From Trueperaceae bacterium (GTDB taxonomy: Bacteria; Deinococcota; Deinococci; Deinococcales; Trueperaceae): DNA of 50,194 nt. Positions within the stretch are counted from its first letter, which is position 1; every line of letters begins with the position of its first letter. Shown one piece after another: positions 37,947-48,188 of this stretch. A program made the translations under genes and the position numbers. The stretch lies in assembly GCA_035306665.1 (NCBI GenBank), contig DATGNP010000071.1:1-50194 (forward strand). The letters are read 5' to 3'. The notes under the pieces are model-generated. The model was given only the letters and a program-made list of their open reading frames with translations. It ran no database searches and was not told the origin of the DNA.

Positions 37947-38393
37947 TCAGTCCTCCTCGGGGCTCCTGACCATCAGGAACGGCTTGTCCGCCCGGCGCAG
38001 CGCGCCCTCGGCCACCGAGCCGAACATCCAGCGGTTGAAGCCGCGGCGTCCGTGCGTGCCCATCACGACGCAGTCGTGGTCCTTGCTGGCCTCGACGATC
38101 GCCTTCACGGGGTCGCCGTCCTCGACCATCCGCGTCGTGGCCGACACGCCGGCCGCCTCGGCGCGCGCCGCGGCCTCCTGGAGGATCTGCTCCCCGCTGG
38201 CCCTGAGGTCCTGGTAGAGCTGCGCGGCGTAGGGCATCGCCTCGGGCGTCGCGTACCCGCTGGTGAGGGGGTTCTCGAGCACGTGGAGGAACGTCACCCT
38301 GGCGCCGGCGAGCCGGGCGAGCTCCAGGCCCTTCTCGATGGCCTTGTCGGAGGTGCTGCTGCCGTCGGTCGGTATCAGGATCGACTCGAACAC
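37947..38393 (-). CDS. Universal stress protein (UspA family)
   Basis: The GTG at 38393 is preceded by GAGAGGAG. ILIPTDGSSTSDKA ... VVMGTHGRRGFNRWMFGSVAE is a USP signature. Confidence 0.8.
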   Translation of the reverse strand: MFESILIPTDGSSTSDKAIEKGLELARLAGARVTFLHVLENPLTSGYATPEAMPYAAQLYQDLRASGEQILQEAAARAEAAGVSATTRMVEDGDPVKAIVEASKDHDCVVMGTHGRRGFNRWMFGSVAEGALRRADKPFLMVRSPEED

Positions 38394-38530
38394 GGTGATA
38401 CTCCTCTCACGACCATCGTAATGCCGCGCCACGGGACGTCCGTCCCCCACGCTCCCGTATCATGAGTCGACCCCCGGCGGCAGCCGGCGAGGGGAGCGCG
38501 GAGCACTCGGGCCGCGCCGCTGGAGGACCC

Positions 38531-39367
38531 ATGCGCATCCTGCACCCGACTGACTTCTCGCGCACGGCCGAGAAGGCGCTCATCGTGGCGCGCGACCTGG
38601 CGGACCGCCTCGGCGGTTCCCTGCACGTCGTGCACGTGCAGACGCGGTTCGAGGAGACGCTCGGCGCGGTGCGCCTCCGGCCGCACCTCGACAACGTCAA
38701 CCCCGAGCTGGAGCGGCGCCTCGAGGAGGCACGCCGCGAGGAGGTGCAGCGGCTCAACGACATGCTGCGCAGCCTCGCCAGCCCGAACGGGACGTACGAG
38801 CTGCGGTGGGGCGACCCCCTGCCTGAGCTGCTCGCCATGCAGGACGACTTCGACCTGGTCGTGATGGGCGCGCACGGCTCCGACCGGCTCGACAGCTTCT
38901 TCCTCGGCGGCGTGGCCGGGCGGTTCCTGCGCCGCACCCGCGTGCCCGTGATCACCGTGCGCGAGGAGAGCACGACGACGAGCGTGCGGCGCGCTCTGGT
39001 CGCTACCGACTTCAGCCTGGCCGCCGACGGGGCCGTCGCGGCGGCGCGCCAGCTGGGGGAGCACGGCGTGAGGCTCGTGCTCTGCCACGTCGTCGACGAC
39101 CCGCGCTTCCGCGACGACCCCGCCTACATCAACACCGTCACCGACTCGCTGAACCTCCTGGGGGAGGGCTTCGAGCGGCACGTGATCCGCTACGGCGACC
39201 CGGCGAAGGAGCTGCCCGCCGCCGCGGGCGAGGTCGGCGCCGACCTGATCGTCATCGGGCTCAAGCAGCAGCGCGGTGCGATCGGCCTCCTGCTGGGCAG
39301 CCGCGTCGACGCGCTGATCCGCTCTAGCGCCGTCCCCGTCTTAGCCGTGCCCACAGAGGTCGACTGA
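38531..39367 (+). CDS. Universal stress protein, tandem-domain type
   Basis: The ATG at 38531 follows GGAGGA. Two USP modules are present: ILHPTDFS ... VVMGAHGSDRLDSFFLGGVAG, and ALVATDFS ... IVIGLKQQRGAIGLLLGSRVD. Confidence 0.8.
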   Translation: MRILHPTDFSRTAEKALIVARDLADRLGGSLHVVHVQTRFEETLGAVRLRPHLDNVNPELERRLEEARREEVQRLNDMLRSLASPNGTYELRWGDPLPELLAMQDDFDLVVMGAHGSDRLDSFFLGGVAGRFLRRTRVPVITVREESTTTSVRRALVATDFSLAADGAVAAARQLGEHGVRLVLCHVVDDPRFRDDPAYINTVTDSLNLLGEGFERHVIRYGDPAKELPAAAGEVGADLIVIGLKQQRGAIGLLLGSRVDALIRSSAVPVLAVPTEVD

Positions 39368-40190
39368 CCTCGCCGCCCTCGGGCTCGGCGGCGCCCGAGG
39401 CGGGCTCCGGAGCGCCGGGCGCCGGCTCCGGCGGGGCCGCGGCCGGCGGCTGCGCCGGGGCCGGGTATGGCCGTGACGACGGCGGCAGCGCCCGCTCCCC
39501 GGCCGTCGCCGCCGCGCTCCCGCGCCACACCATGGCCGTGCCGCTGGCGATGAGGGCGACGGCGATGAGCGTCTCGACGAGGCGACCCGTGAACAGCGAG
39601 ATCAGCGCCAGAGCGGCCAGGGCGATCGACAGGTAGAGCCCCCAGCCGGGCCCGCTCGGGGTCCGCCGGTGCAGCATGAACAGCGTCGCGGCGAGGCCGG
39701 CGAACAGCACCCAGCCGTTGTCGAGCCGCGGGAACGCGCCCTCCAGCAAGGACATCAGCGCCAGGCTCACGAGAGCGCCGCCCACGAGCAGGAGCCAGCG
39801 GCCGCCGCTCTCGCGCAGGAACAGCACGATGCACGCCGCGCCGGCCAGGCCCAGGAGCAGCCCGCCGCCGACGTTGCCGGCGACGACGGCCGCCGCCAGC
39901 GCCACGAGCCCGAAGCCCGGGTACAGGGCCCACCAGTGACGGCGGTCGCGGGCGTAGAGCACCAGGAACGCCGCCGCTCCGGCCGCGAACAGGAGGGCCC
40001 ACAGCACGCTCCTGATGCCGACGGCCCAGGCGAACCTGTCGACGAGGAAGAGCGCGCCGAGCCCGATCAGCAGCGGGCCGAAGGCGTTGGGGCCGAGCGC
40101 CGTCCGCGCCCTGCCCGCGTCCGGCGGGGTGGGCAGCGGGGGCGGCGGCTCCGGCGCCGGCTCGGGCGCCTGGCCCCGTCTGCGCCTCAC
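39324..40190 (-). CDS. Hypothetical polytopic membrane protein with Pro-rich termini
   Basis: The GTG start overlaps the pgm stop (GTGA). Paired TM hairpins repeat, separated by short Arg/Trp-rich loops. The 3' end overlaps the convergent USP gene by 44 nt. Confidence 0.5.
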   Translation of the reverse strand: MRRRRGQAPEPAPEPPPPLPTPPDAGRARTALGPNAFGPLLIGLGALFLVDRFAWAVGIRSVLWALLFAAGAAAFLVLYARDRRHWWALYPGFGLVALAAAVVAGNVGGGLLLGLAGAACIVLFLRESGGRWLLLVGGALVSLALMSLLEGAFPRLDNGWVLFAGLAATLFMLHRRTPSGPGWGLYLSIALAALALISLFTGRLVETLIAVALIASGTAMVWRGSAAATAGERALPPSSRPYPAPAQPPAAAPPEPAPGAPEPASGAAEPEGGEVSRPLWARLRRGRR

Positions 40191-41917
40191 GACGCCACCC
40201 CGGCGGCGGCGAACGCCGCGGCGACGAGCTCCTGCGCCTCCGCCTTGAGCCTCTCGAGATGGTCCGCGCCCGCGAAGCTCTCGGCGTAGACCTTGTAGAC
40301 GTCCTCGGTGCCCGACGGCCGCGCCGCGAACCAGCCGCTCTCGGTCACGACCTTGATCCCGCCCAAGGGCGCGCCGTTGCCGGCCGCCTCGCCCTGGACC
40401 GCCAGCACCCGCTCGCCGGCGAGCTCGGTGGCGCGCACGTCCTCGGGGCGGAGGCGCTTCAGGACCTCGCGCTGCGCCCTGTCCGCCGGGGCGTCGACGC
40501 GCGCGTAGGCGGGCTCGCCCAGGCGCGCCGTCAGCGCGGCGTAGCGCTCGGCAGGGTCCTGCCCCGTGGCGGCCGCGATCTCGGCGGCGAGGAGGCCCAT
40601 CACGATCCCGTCCTTGTCGGTCGTCCAGGTCAGGCCGTCGCGCCGGAGCAGGGTAGCTCCCGCGCTCTCCTCGCCGGCCAGGCCGAGGCGACCCTCGGCG
40701 AGGCCGGGCACGAACCACTTGAAGCCCACGGGCACCTCGGTCACCTCCCGTCCCGCCTCGGCCGCCACGCGGTCGAGCAGCGCGGTCGTGACGGCGGTCC
40801 TGCCGAGGCCGGCGCCCGCCGGCCAGCCCGGACGGTGCTGGAAGAGGTACTCGGCGGCGACGCACAGGAAGTGGTTGGGGCTCATCAGGCCGCCCGCGCG
40901 CGTCACGACGCCGTGGCGGTCGGCGTCGGGGTCGGTGCCGAAGGCGACGTCGTAGCGGTCCTTGGCCGCCACCAGGCCGGCCATCGCGTACGGCGAGGAG
41001 CAGTCCATGCGGACCTTGCCGTCGTGGTCGACGTGCATGAACCCGAACGCCGGGTCCACGGCGTCGGAGATCACCTCGAGGTCGAGGCCGTAGCGCTCGG
41101 CCAGGGGCGCCAGGTAGGGCAGCGCCGAGCCGCCGAGCGGGTCGACGCCGACCCTCACGCCGGCGGCCACGACGCGGTCGAGGTCCACGACCTCGGCGAG
41201 GTCCTCGACGTAGGGGCTCACGAGGTCGCGGAGCTCCACGTCACCGCTCGCGAACGCGCGGTCCACCGGGACGCGCTCGACCCTTCGCAGGCCCTCGTCG
41301 AGGTGGCGGTTCGCGGCCGCCTGGATGGCCGCGGTCTCGTCGGTGTCGGCGGGCCCGCCGTGCGGCGGGTTGTACTTGAAGCCGCCGTCCTCGGGCGGGT
41401 TGTGCGAGGGCGTGATCACGATCCCGTCGGCGCGGCCGGCGGCGGCCCCGCCCCGGCGGCCGGCGTTGTGGCTCACGACGGCGTGGGACACGACCGGGGT
41501 GGGTACGGGCAGCAGGTCGGGCAGCGGCCCGCCGGGCGTCCTCCGCCCCTGCCACGCGCCCGGCGGGGCCGCCTGGGCGCTGGACACGACGACGTGCACG
41601 CCGTTGGCCGCCAGGACCTCGACGGCGGTGAGGAGCGCCGGGCTCGACAGCGCGTGCGTGTCCGCCCCGAGGAACAGCGGGCCGGTCACCCCCCGCGCGG
41701 CCCTGTGGTCGGCCACGGCCTGGCAGATCGCGGCGATGTGGTCCTCGTTGAACGAGCGCTCCTCGGACGTGCCCCTGTGCCCCGAGGTGCCGAAAGACAC
41801 GGACTCGCCCGCGCGCTTCGGGTCGGGCTTCAGGGCGTAGTAAGCGGCCACGAGGCGGGGGACGTCGATCAGGAGGCTGCGTGGCGCCGGCTTCCCGGCC
41901 AGAGGATGGGTGCTCAC
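40187..41917 (-). CDS. pgm: Phosphoglucomutase, alpha-D-glucose phosphate-specific
   Basis: The translation appears colinear with my recollection of E. coli Pgm: [63 protein letters not shown]. The GTG at 41917 follows GGAGGT. There is an extra segment of about 20 aa before the PTPVVSHA block. Confidence 0.9.
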   Translation of the reverse strand: MSTHPLAGKPAPRSLLIDVPRLVAAYYALKPDPKRAGESVSFGTSGHRGTSEERSFNEDHIAAICQAVADHRAARGVTGPLFLGADTHALSSPALLTAVEVLAANGVHVVVSSAQAAPPGAWQGRRTPGGPLPDLLPVPTPVVSHAVVSHNAGRRGGAAAGRADGIVITPSHNPPEDGGFKYNPPHGGPADTDETAAIQAAANRHLDEGLRRVERVPVDRAFASGDVELRDLVSPYVEDLAEVVDLDRVVAAGVRVGVDPLGGSALPYLAPLAERYGLDLEVISDAVDPAFGFMHVDHDGKVRMDCSSPYAMAGLVAAKDRYDVAFGTDPDADRHGVVTRAGGLMSPNHFLCVAAEYLFQHRPGWPAGAGLGRTAVTTALLDRVAAEAGREVTEVPVGFKWFVPGLAEGRLGLAGEESAGATLLRRDGLTWTTDKDGIVMGLLAAEIAAATGQDPAERYAALTARLGEPAYARVDAPADRAQREVLKRLRPEDVRATELAGERVLAVQGEAAGNGAPLGGIKVVTESGWFAARPSGTEDVYKVYAESFAGADHLERLKAEAQELVAAAFAAAGVAS

Positions 41918-42047
41918 GTGGCTTACCTCCGACAGTAGCGACCACGTTACAACCCGAGCGTGAGGCGGCCGCGTCGGGAGCGGGGGCCGCGGTACTGGTG
42001 GTAGACTCCTTGTCGCTATTCCGGCCCGGCGCCGGACAGGAAGCTGC

Positions 42048-42072
42048 GGTCGCGGTACTGGGTGCCGCGACC
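42048..42072 (+). promoter_or_regulatory. Hairpin in the hppA leader
   Basis: GGTCGCGG-tactgggtg-CCGCGACC, 49 nt upstream of the hppA ATG. Its 5' arm repeats the motif CGCGGTACTGG, which also occurs at 41988-41998. Confidence 0.25.
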
Positions 42073-42120
42073 GCGCGCAGTGCTGGGACCGGACGACCAC
42101 AGGCACCAAGTGGAGGAACG

Positions 42121-44229
<2,109 letters not shown>

Positions 44230-44249
44230 GCCAGACAACGCAGGCACGC

Positions 44250-44293
44250 GAAGGCGCCGGCGGGCCCTGTTCCGCCGGCGCCTTCGTTCGTCT
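44250..44293 (+). terminator. Intrinsic terminator downstream of hppA
   Basis: A perfect 14-bp stem, GAAGGCGCCGGCGG-gccctgtt-CCGCCGGCGCCTTC (44250-44285), followed by GTTCGTCT. It begins 21 nt after the hppA stop. Confidence 0.7.
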
Positions 44294-44392
44294 CCGCTCG
44301 TGTAAGCCCACCGGGGGACGAGACCCGGGTGCGGCACGCGCGCCGCGGGAGCCGAGGTCGCGCACAGGCGGCCCCTGAGCGCCGAGCACCAC

Positions 44393-44690
44393 GCGGGTTA
44401 CGCGCCATGACCGGCCCGGTATGCCTTACGGTAGGCCCAAAGAACGATGATAACCCGCATCCGCGGGCCGCAATAGGACGCACGACCATACTTGGGTCCT
44501 ACGCCATGGCGTAGCATCGTAGGCGAAGGAGGTTCTGTTATAGACGAACAGACCCACTTCTTAGGAGAGCGGCCCCAGTCCCACTAGAGGCTCGACCGAG
44601 TCACCCGCGGCCCAGACGCCGAGAACCGGGAACCGACGGAGCACGAAAAGGCGACGGGGTCGTTCTTCATTGTTGCGCCGCGTAGCCCTG
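44393..44690. ncRNA. Candidate unclassified structured RNA in a locally low-GC segment
   Basis: My hand count over 44421-44560 gives roughly 55-60% GC, in an otherwise much GC-richer window. Two long-range helices are nested: 44395-44404 pairs with 44679-88 (10 bp), and 44440-48 pairs with 44659-67 (9 bp). Several local hairpins and mutually exclusive alternative pairings are also present. There is no credible ORF and no match to any RNA family I can recognise. G-U pairs slightly favour the plus strand. Confidence 0.3.
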
Positions 44691-44806
44691 GGTCGGCGCC
44701 GCACTGTCCGTCGCCCCCGCGCGCCCCGCCCCCGCCCGGCACGCACGTCAGGCCGACTCCGGTACCGGCCTCGGCCGGCAGGTGCCCCGCTGTGACGCAT
44801 CACGCC

Positions 44807-44836
44807 TTGCCGGGCACGCTCGGCAACTGTCACACT
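44807..44836 (+). promoter_or_regulatory. Possible sigma-70-type promoter for the ferredoxin gene
   Basis: TTGCCG (44807-12), an 18-nt spacer ending in TGt, then CACACT (44831-36). It lies about 50 nt upstream of the ferredoxin ATG. The match to consensus is weak. Confidence 0.2.
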
Positions 44837-44888
44837 CTCCTTGGCCGCCGTCCATCAGCCCGTGGGCGCGGCGCCTGGAGAGGAAGTC

Positions 44889-45125
44889 ATGGCTTACGTC
44901 ATCGCCGAGCCCTGCATCGGCACGAAGGACGCCTCCTGCGTCGACGTCTGCCCCGTCGAGTGCATCTACGAGGCCGACGACCAGTTCTACATCCACCCCG
45001 AGGAGTGCATCGACTGCGGGGCCTGCGTCCCGGCCTGCCCGGTCGACGCGATCTTCCCCGAGATCGACGTGCCCGCCGAGTGGGAGACGTACATCGAGAA
45101 GAACGCCCGACTCTCGGGCCTCTGA
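44889..45125 (+). CDS. fdxA: 7Fe ferredoxin ([3Fe-4S][4Fe-4S], FdxA type)
   Basis: The ATG follows GGAGAGGAAG. MAYVIAEPCIGTKDASCVDVCPVECIY ... HPEECIDCGACVPACPVDAI. The translation is very close to the Thermus ferredoxin sequence as I remember it. Confidence 0.9.
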   Translation: MAYVIAEPCIGTKDASCVDVCPVECIYEADDQFYIHPEECIDCGACVPACPVDAIFPEIDVPAEWETYIEKNARLSGL

Positions 45126-45314
45126 GGCTCGCCCGGCCCGACGGCCGGGAGGCGCGTCCGGCCTAGGCGGCCCCAGGCGCGCCGCCGCGACCGGGCGCGG
45201 TGCCGGCGCCCCGCGCCCCGGCGGCCCGGCGCGGCGCGACCGCCCGCTCGCCCCTTCTCATCGCCCGACTGCCTAGCTTGGCTAGCGACGACCCTTCGAT
45301 CTCGAGGAGGTCCC

Positions 45315-46469
45315 ATGCTGGCTCCAGAGCAGGTCCGTTCCCTCTCCGAGCAGCTCGCCCCGTACGGCGACAGAGTCATCAGCCTCTACCTCGACGTCAA
45401 CCCGGCCTCCGCGGACAACCAGCGCAAGGCCTGGGTCCTGCGCGCGCGGGCGGCGATGGAGCAGCTCGGGCTGCCCAACGGCAGCGCGCGACGCATCGCC
45501 GAGCGCCTTCGGGGCCAGGTCTTCGAGGGGGCCAGGACGGTGGCGGTCTTCGCCCATCCCGACGACGAGGAGCTGTTCCACACCGTCCCCATCGAGCACA
45601 CGCTCCGCGCCGTCACGGGGCACGACGGCGCGATCGCGCGCTTCGGCGAGGCGTTCCTCGCGCCGATCCAGCTCAACCTCCTGAGGCGCCGGCCCAGCCT
45701 GGTGCTGCAGGTCGTGGGCGACCGCGTCAGGGTCTTCCTCGTCTCGCCGGGACGCATCGAGGAGCTGGCGAAGGTGCAGCAGACGTGGGACGAGACGTTC
45801 TGGCGCACCGACGAGGCGACCGGCTCGTTCAAGCCGGGCGAGACGCAGCGCGGCGGCTCGCCGAAGGACGCCTACGAGGAGCGCACGGCGGACTGGATCG
45901 CCAGGCTCTACAAGCGCGTCGCCGCCGACCTGCGCCAGCTCGTCGCGAAGCACGGCGCCGCCCGCGTGATCCTCTCGGGCACGGCCCCCGACCTCGCCGC
46001 GTTCGAGGAGCAGCTCGACCCCGCCACCGCCGCCAAGGTCACGGGCCGCATCCCGCTGCAGCCGAACCCCGAGGCCTCTGCCGGCTCCCTCCACGCGCTG
46101 TTCCTCGAGGCCGTCGCCGCCGCCGAGGAGGCCGAGGCGTCGGCCGACCTCGCGCGCGCGAAGGAGGAGGGCGTCGTCGGCGCCGAGCCGACCCTGGGCG
46201 CCGTCAACGAGAGCCGCGTCCACCTGCTGATCGTCCCCGACGTGCCTTACCAGGAGGTCTGGCGCTGCCGCGACACCGGCCGCGTGTTCGCCACGCGGGA
46301 GCGCGGGGCCGCCGAGTGTGACGGGGCCGGGCTCGAGCCCCTGCCCCTCGCCGACGCCCTGCCGCGCCTCGCCCAGGACCACGGCATGGAGCTGCGCTTC
46401 GTCAGCGGCGACGCCGACCGTCGGCTGCGCGAGGAGCTGGGGGGCCTGGCCGGCCTGCTGCGCTGGTAG
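45315..46469 (+). CDS. Bacterial eRF1/Pelota-like protein (baeRF / VLRF1-type peptidyl-tRNA hydrolase superfamily), putative
   Basis: The ATG follows GAGGAGG. The N-terminal VISLYLDVNP block is typical of bacterial eRF1-like families. The extreme C-terminus LGGLAGLLRW matches the GG(I/V)xxxLR(Y/F) ending of eRF1/Pelota domain 3. A central Gly/Gln loop PGETQRGGS is present. Confidence 0.65.
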   Translation: MLAPEQVRSLSEQLAPYGDRVISLYLDVNPASADNQRKAWVLRARAAMEQLGLPNGSARRIAERLRGQVFEGARTVAVFAHPDDEELFHTVPIEHTLRAVTGHDGAIARFGEAFLAPIQLNLLRRRPSLVLQVVGDRVRVFLVSPGRIEELAKVQQTWDETFWRTDEATGSFKPGETQRGGSPKDAYEERTADWIARLYKRVAADLRQLVAKHGAARVILSGTAPDLAAFEEQLDPATAAKVTGRIPLQPNPEASAGSLHALFLEAVAAAEEAEASADLARAKEEGVVGAEPTLGAVNESRVHLLIVPDVPYQEVWRCRDTGRVFATRERGAAECDGAGLEPLPLADALPRLAQDHGMELRFVSGDADRRLREELGGLAGLLRW

Positions 46470-47256
46470 CCGGCGGCGCGGCCCCACGCGCGGCCGCCTC
46501 CGGTCCGTCCGACCTCCCGCCGGCCGCGGCCCTGAGGTCCTCGAGCTCCACCGCCATGTCGGCGACCTGCGCCTTCGCGGCGACGACGGCGGCCTTCGCC
46601 GCCTCCAGCGAGCTCAGCGCCCTCTCCAACGCGGCCAGCGCGCCGCCGTCCTCGAGCAGCGCCCGCCGCGCCAGGCGGCGCTCGCGCCAGCGCAGCAGCG
46701 CCGCGGGCGCCCCGGCGCCGAAGCCGGCGAGCGCGGTGCCGGCCAGCACGGCGGCCAGGAGGTTGTAGAGGGTCGCGGCCGCCGGCCCGCCGCCGAGGTA
46801 GTAGTCGAGGAGCGGCGTGAGGAACGGCGCCGAGCTCACGAACGCGACGTCGATGACCGCCAGGTGGAACCGGAAGGCCGCCGCCGCCACGACGCCGACG
46901 CCCAGCCCCCACCACCCCAGGCCGGCGAGGCGCCCGCTCCTGGGGGCGCCGCCCCGCACGAGGCCGCGTAGGTCCTGCGGACCGGCGGCGCGGGCGAAGA
47001 GCGCCATGCCCACGAGCGCTCCCGCGAGGGCACCGAGGCCCACCCAGCGCCTCAGCGTCGCCGAGAGCCACGCCGTGGGGGTCAGGAACACGGCCAGCAG
47101 CGCCAGCACCGCCGGCACGAGCTGAACGACGGTGACGGCCGTGCCGTAGACGCCGAGGGCCTCCTTCAGCCACTCGTAGGCCTTGTTGCCGGCACCGATG
47201 AGCTTCTTCGGGCTAGCGCCCCTCGCCCCCCGGCTCGCGGGGCCGCGTGCTGCCAT
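46402..47256 (-). CDS. Hypothetical polytopic membrane protein with a C-terminal coiled coil and low-complexity tail
   Basis: The ATG at 47256 overlaps the stop of the upstream gene by 1 nt. Four to five TM helices are followed by ALERALSSLEAAKAAVVAAKAQVADMAVELEDL. The 3' end overlaps the convergent eRF1-like gene by 68 nt. Confidence 0.5.
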   Translation of the reverse strand: MAARGPASRGARGASPKKLIGAGNKAYEWLKEALGVYGTAVTVVQLVPAVLALLAVFLTPTAWLSATLRRWVGLGALAGALVGMALFARAAGPQDLRGLVRGGAPRSGRLAGLGWWGLGVGVVAAAAFRFHLAVIDVAFVSSAPFLTPLLDYYLGGGPAAATLYNLLAAVLAGTALAGFGAGAPAALLRWRERRLARRALLEDGGALAALERALSSLEAAKAAVVAAKAQVADMAVELEDLRAAAGGRSDGPEAAARGAAPPATSAAGRPGPPAPRAADGRRRR

Positions 47257-48179
47257 CAGGGCCTCGGGAGGAACGCCGGCAGCACCACCGTGAGGAGGTC
47301 CGCGCCGCCCGCGCCGGGCTCGCGGACCGTCAGGGTGAGGAGGTCCCGGTAGGCGGCGCCGCCCGCCGGCACGCGGACGCTCACGGCGCCCGGCGCGCGG
47401 TGCGTGACGGGCACGAACGCTCCCGTGGCGGCAGCTCGGAAGGGGCTGGGGCCGGTGACCGCGGCGTCGGCGGCGCCCGGCAGCAGGTCGAAGGCCTCCC
47501 ACGCCAGCACGAAGCGGGTGCCGTCGAGCTGTGTCGGGTCGTCGGCCGTGGCCTCGTAGACGAGCGTGAGGCCGTCCTCCCCGCGCTCGAAGCGCGACTT
47601 CACGACCAGGTCGAGCGCGACGGCGCGCCCCTGCGAGTCGACGACCGTGCCCGCTACCTCGGTACCGACGCTGGCCGCGGCGGCGCCCACGTCCGGGGAG
47701 CTGAAGGCGACGAGGCCGGGGCTGGTGACGTGGAAGGAGTCGGCGTTCAGGCCGTAGCCGATCGTGGTCTCGCCGCCGACGAAGTCACCGTCGAAGTAGC
47801 GCGCGACCTCCAGCCAGGGGCACTCCTGGTCCCGGGGGCAGCGCGCGAGCCTGGCGACGTCGACGAGGACCTCGGAGCCGGCGGCCCACCTCACGGGCGT
47901 CGGCGGGCTGCCCGGCAGGTTCCGCAGGCGGTAGGCCGTGCAAGCGCGGCCGTCGGCGGCCGTGCCGCCCAGGGACTCGAACACGAACGCGAAGCCGCCC
48001 TCCCGCGCCTCGGCGGGCGGGACGGGCAGGCTCTGGGCCACCTGGCAGGCGAGGACCGTGGCGGCCGCGTCGGGTCCGCCGGCCGCCTGACCGCCTGGGG
48101 CGGAGGCGTGGGAGACGCAGAGGAACAGCGTTGCCGCCGCCGTCAGGGCCCGTACTGCTGGGCACCGCGGGTCGGGCAT
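47256..48179 (-). CDS. Hypothetical secreted Cys-containing protein
   Basis: Signal peptide ALTAAATLFLCVSHASA. The mature part is beta-rich with six Cys and has no recognisable domain. Confidence 0.55.
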   Translation of the reverse strand: MPDPRCPAVRALTAAATLFLCVSHASAPGGQAAGGPDAAATVLACQVAQSLPVPPAEAREGGFAFVFESLGGTAADGRACTAYRLRNLPGSPPTPVRWAAGSEVLVDVARLARCPRDQECPWLEVARYFDGDFVGGETTIGYGLNADSFHVTSPGLVAFSSPDVGAAAASVGTEVAGTVVDSQGRAVALDLVVKSRFERGEDGLTLVYEATADDPTQLDGTRFVLAWEAFDLLPGAADAAVTGPSPFRAAATGAFVPVTHRAPGAVSVRVPAGGAAYRDLLTLTVREPGAGGADLLTVVLPAFLPRP

Positions 48180-48188
48180 GGCGGCATG

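Noticed and set aside
44329-44514. Short ORFs inside the low-GC spacer (44329..44514 on the plus strand, 44561..44833 on the minus strand), and the AAGGAGG at 44526-44532 as a ribosome-binding site.
   Set aside because: There is no start codon at a usable distance after the SD-like sequence; CTG at 44535 runs into TAG after two codons. The two ORFs have no motif and junk-like composition, so an RNA or regulatory role is more plausible.
44393-44690. Assigning the low-GC structured region to a known RNA family (RNase P, tmRNA, SRP/4.5S, 6S, cobalamin, c-di-GMP or c-di-AMP riboswitches, group II intron domain V).
   Set aside because: None of the conserved signature strings I know is present on either strand. 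These include GGAAAGUCCGGGC, the tmRNA tag/ACCA end, GGAAGCAGCC, the B12 box and others. It is therefore left unclassified.
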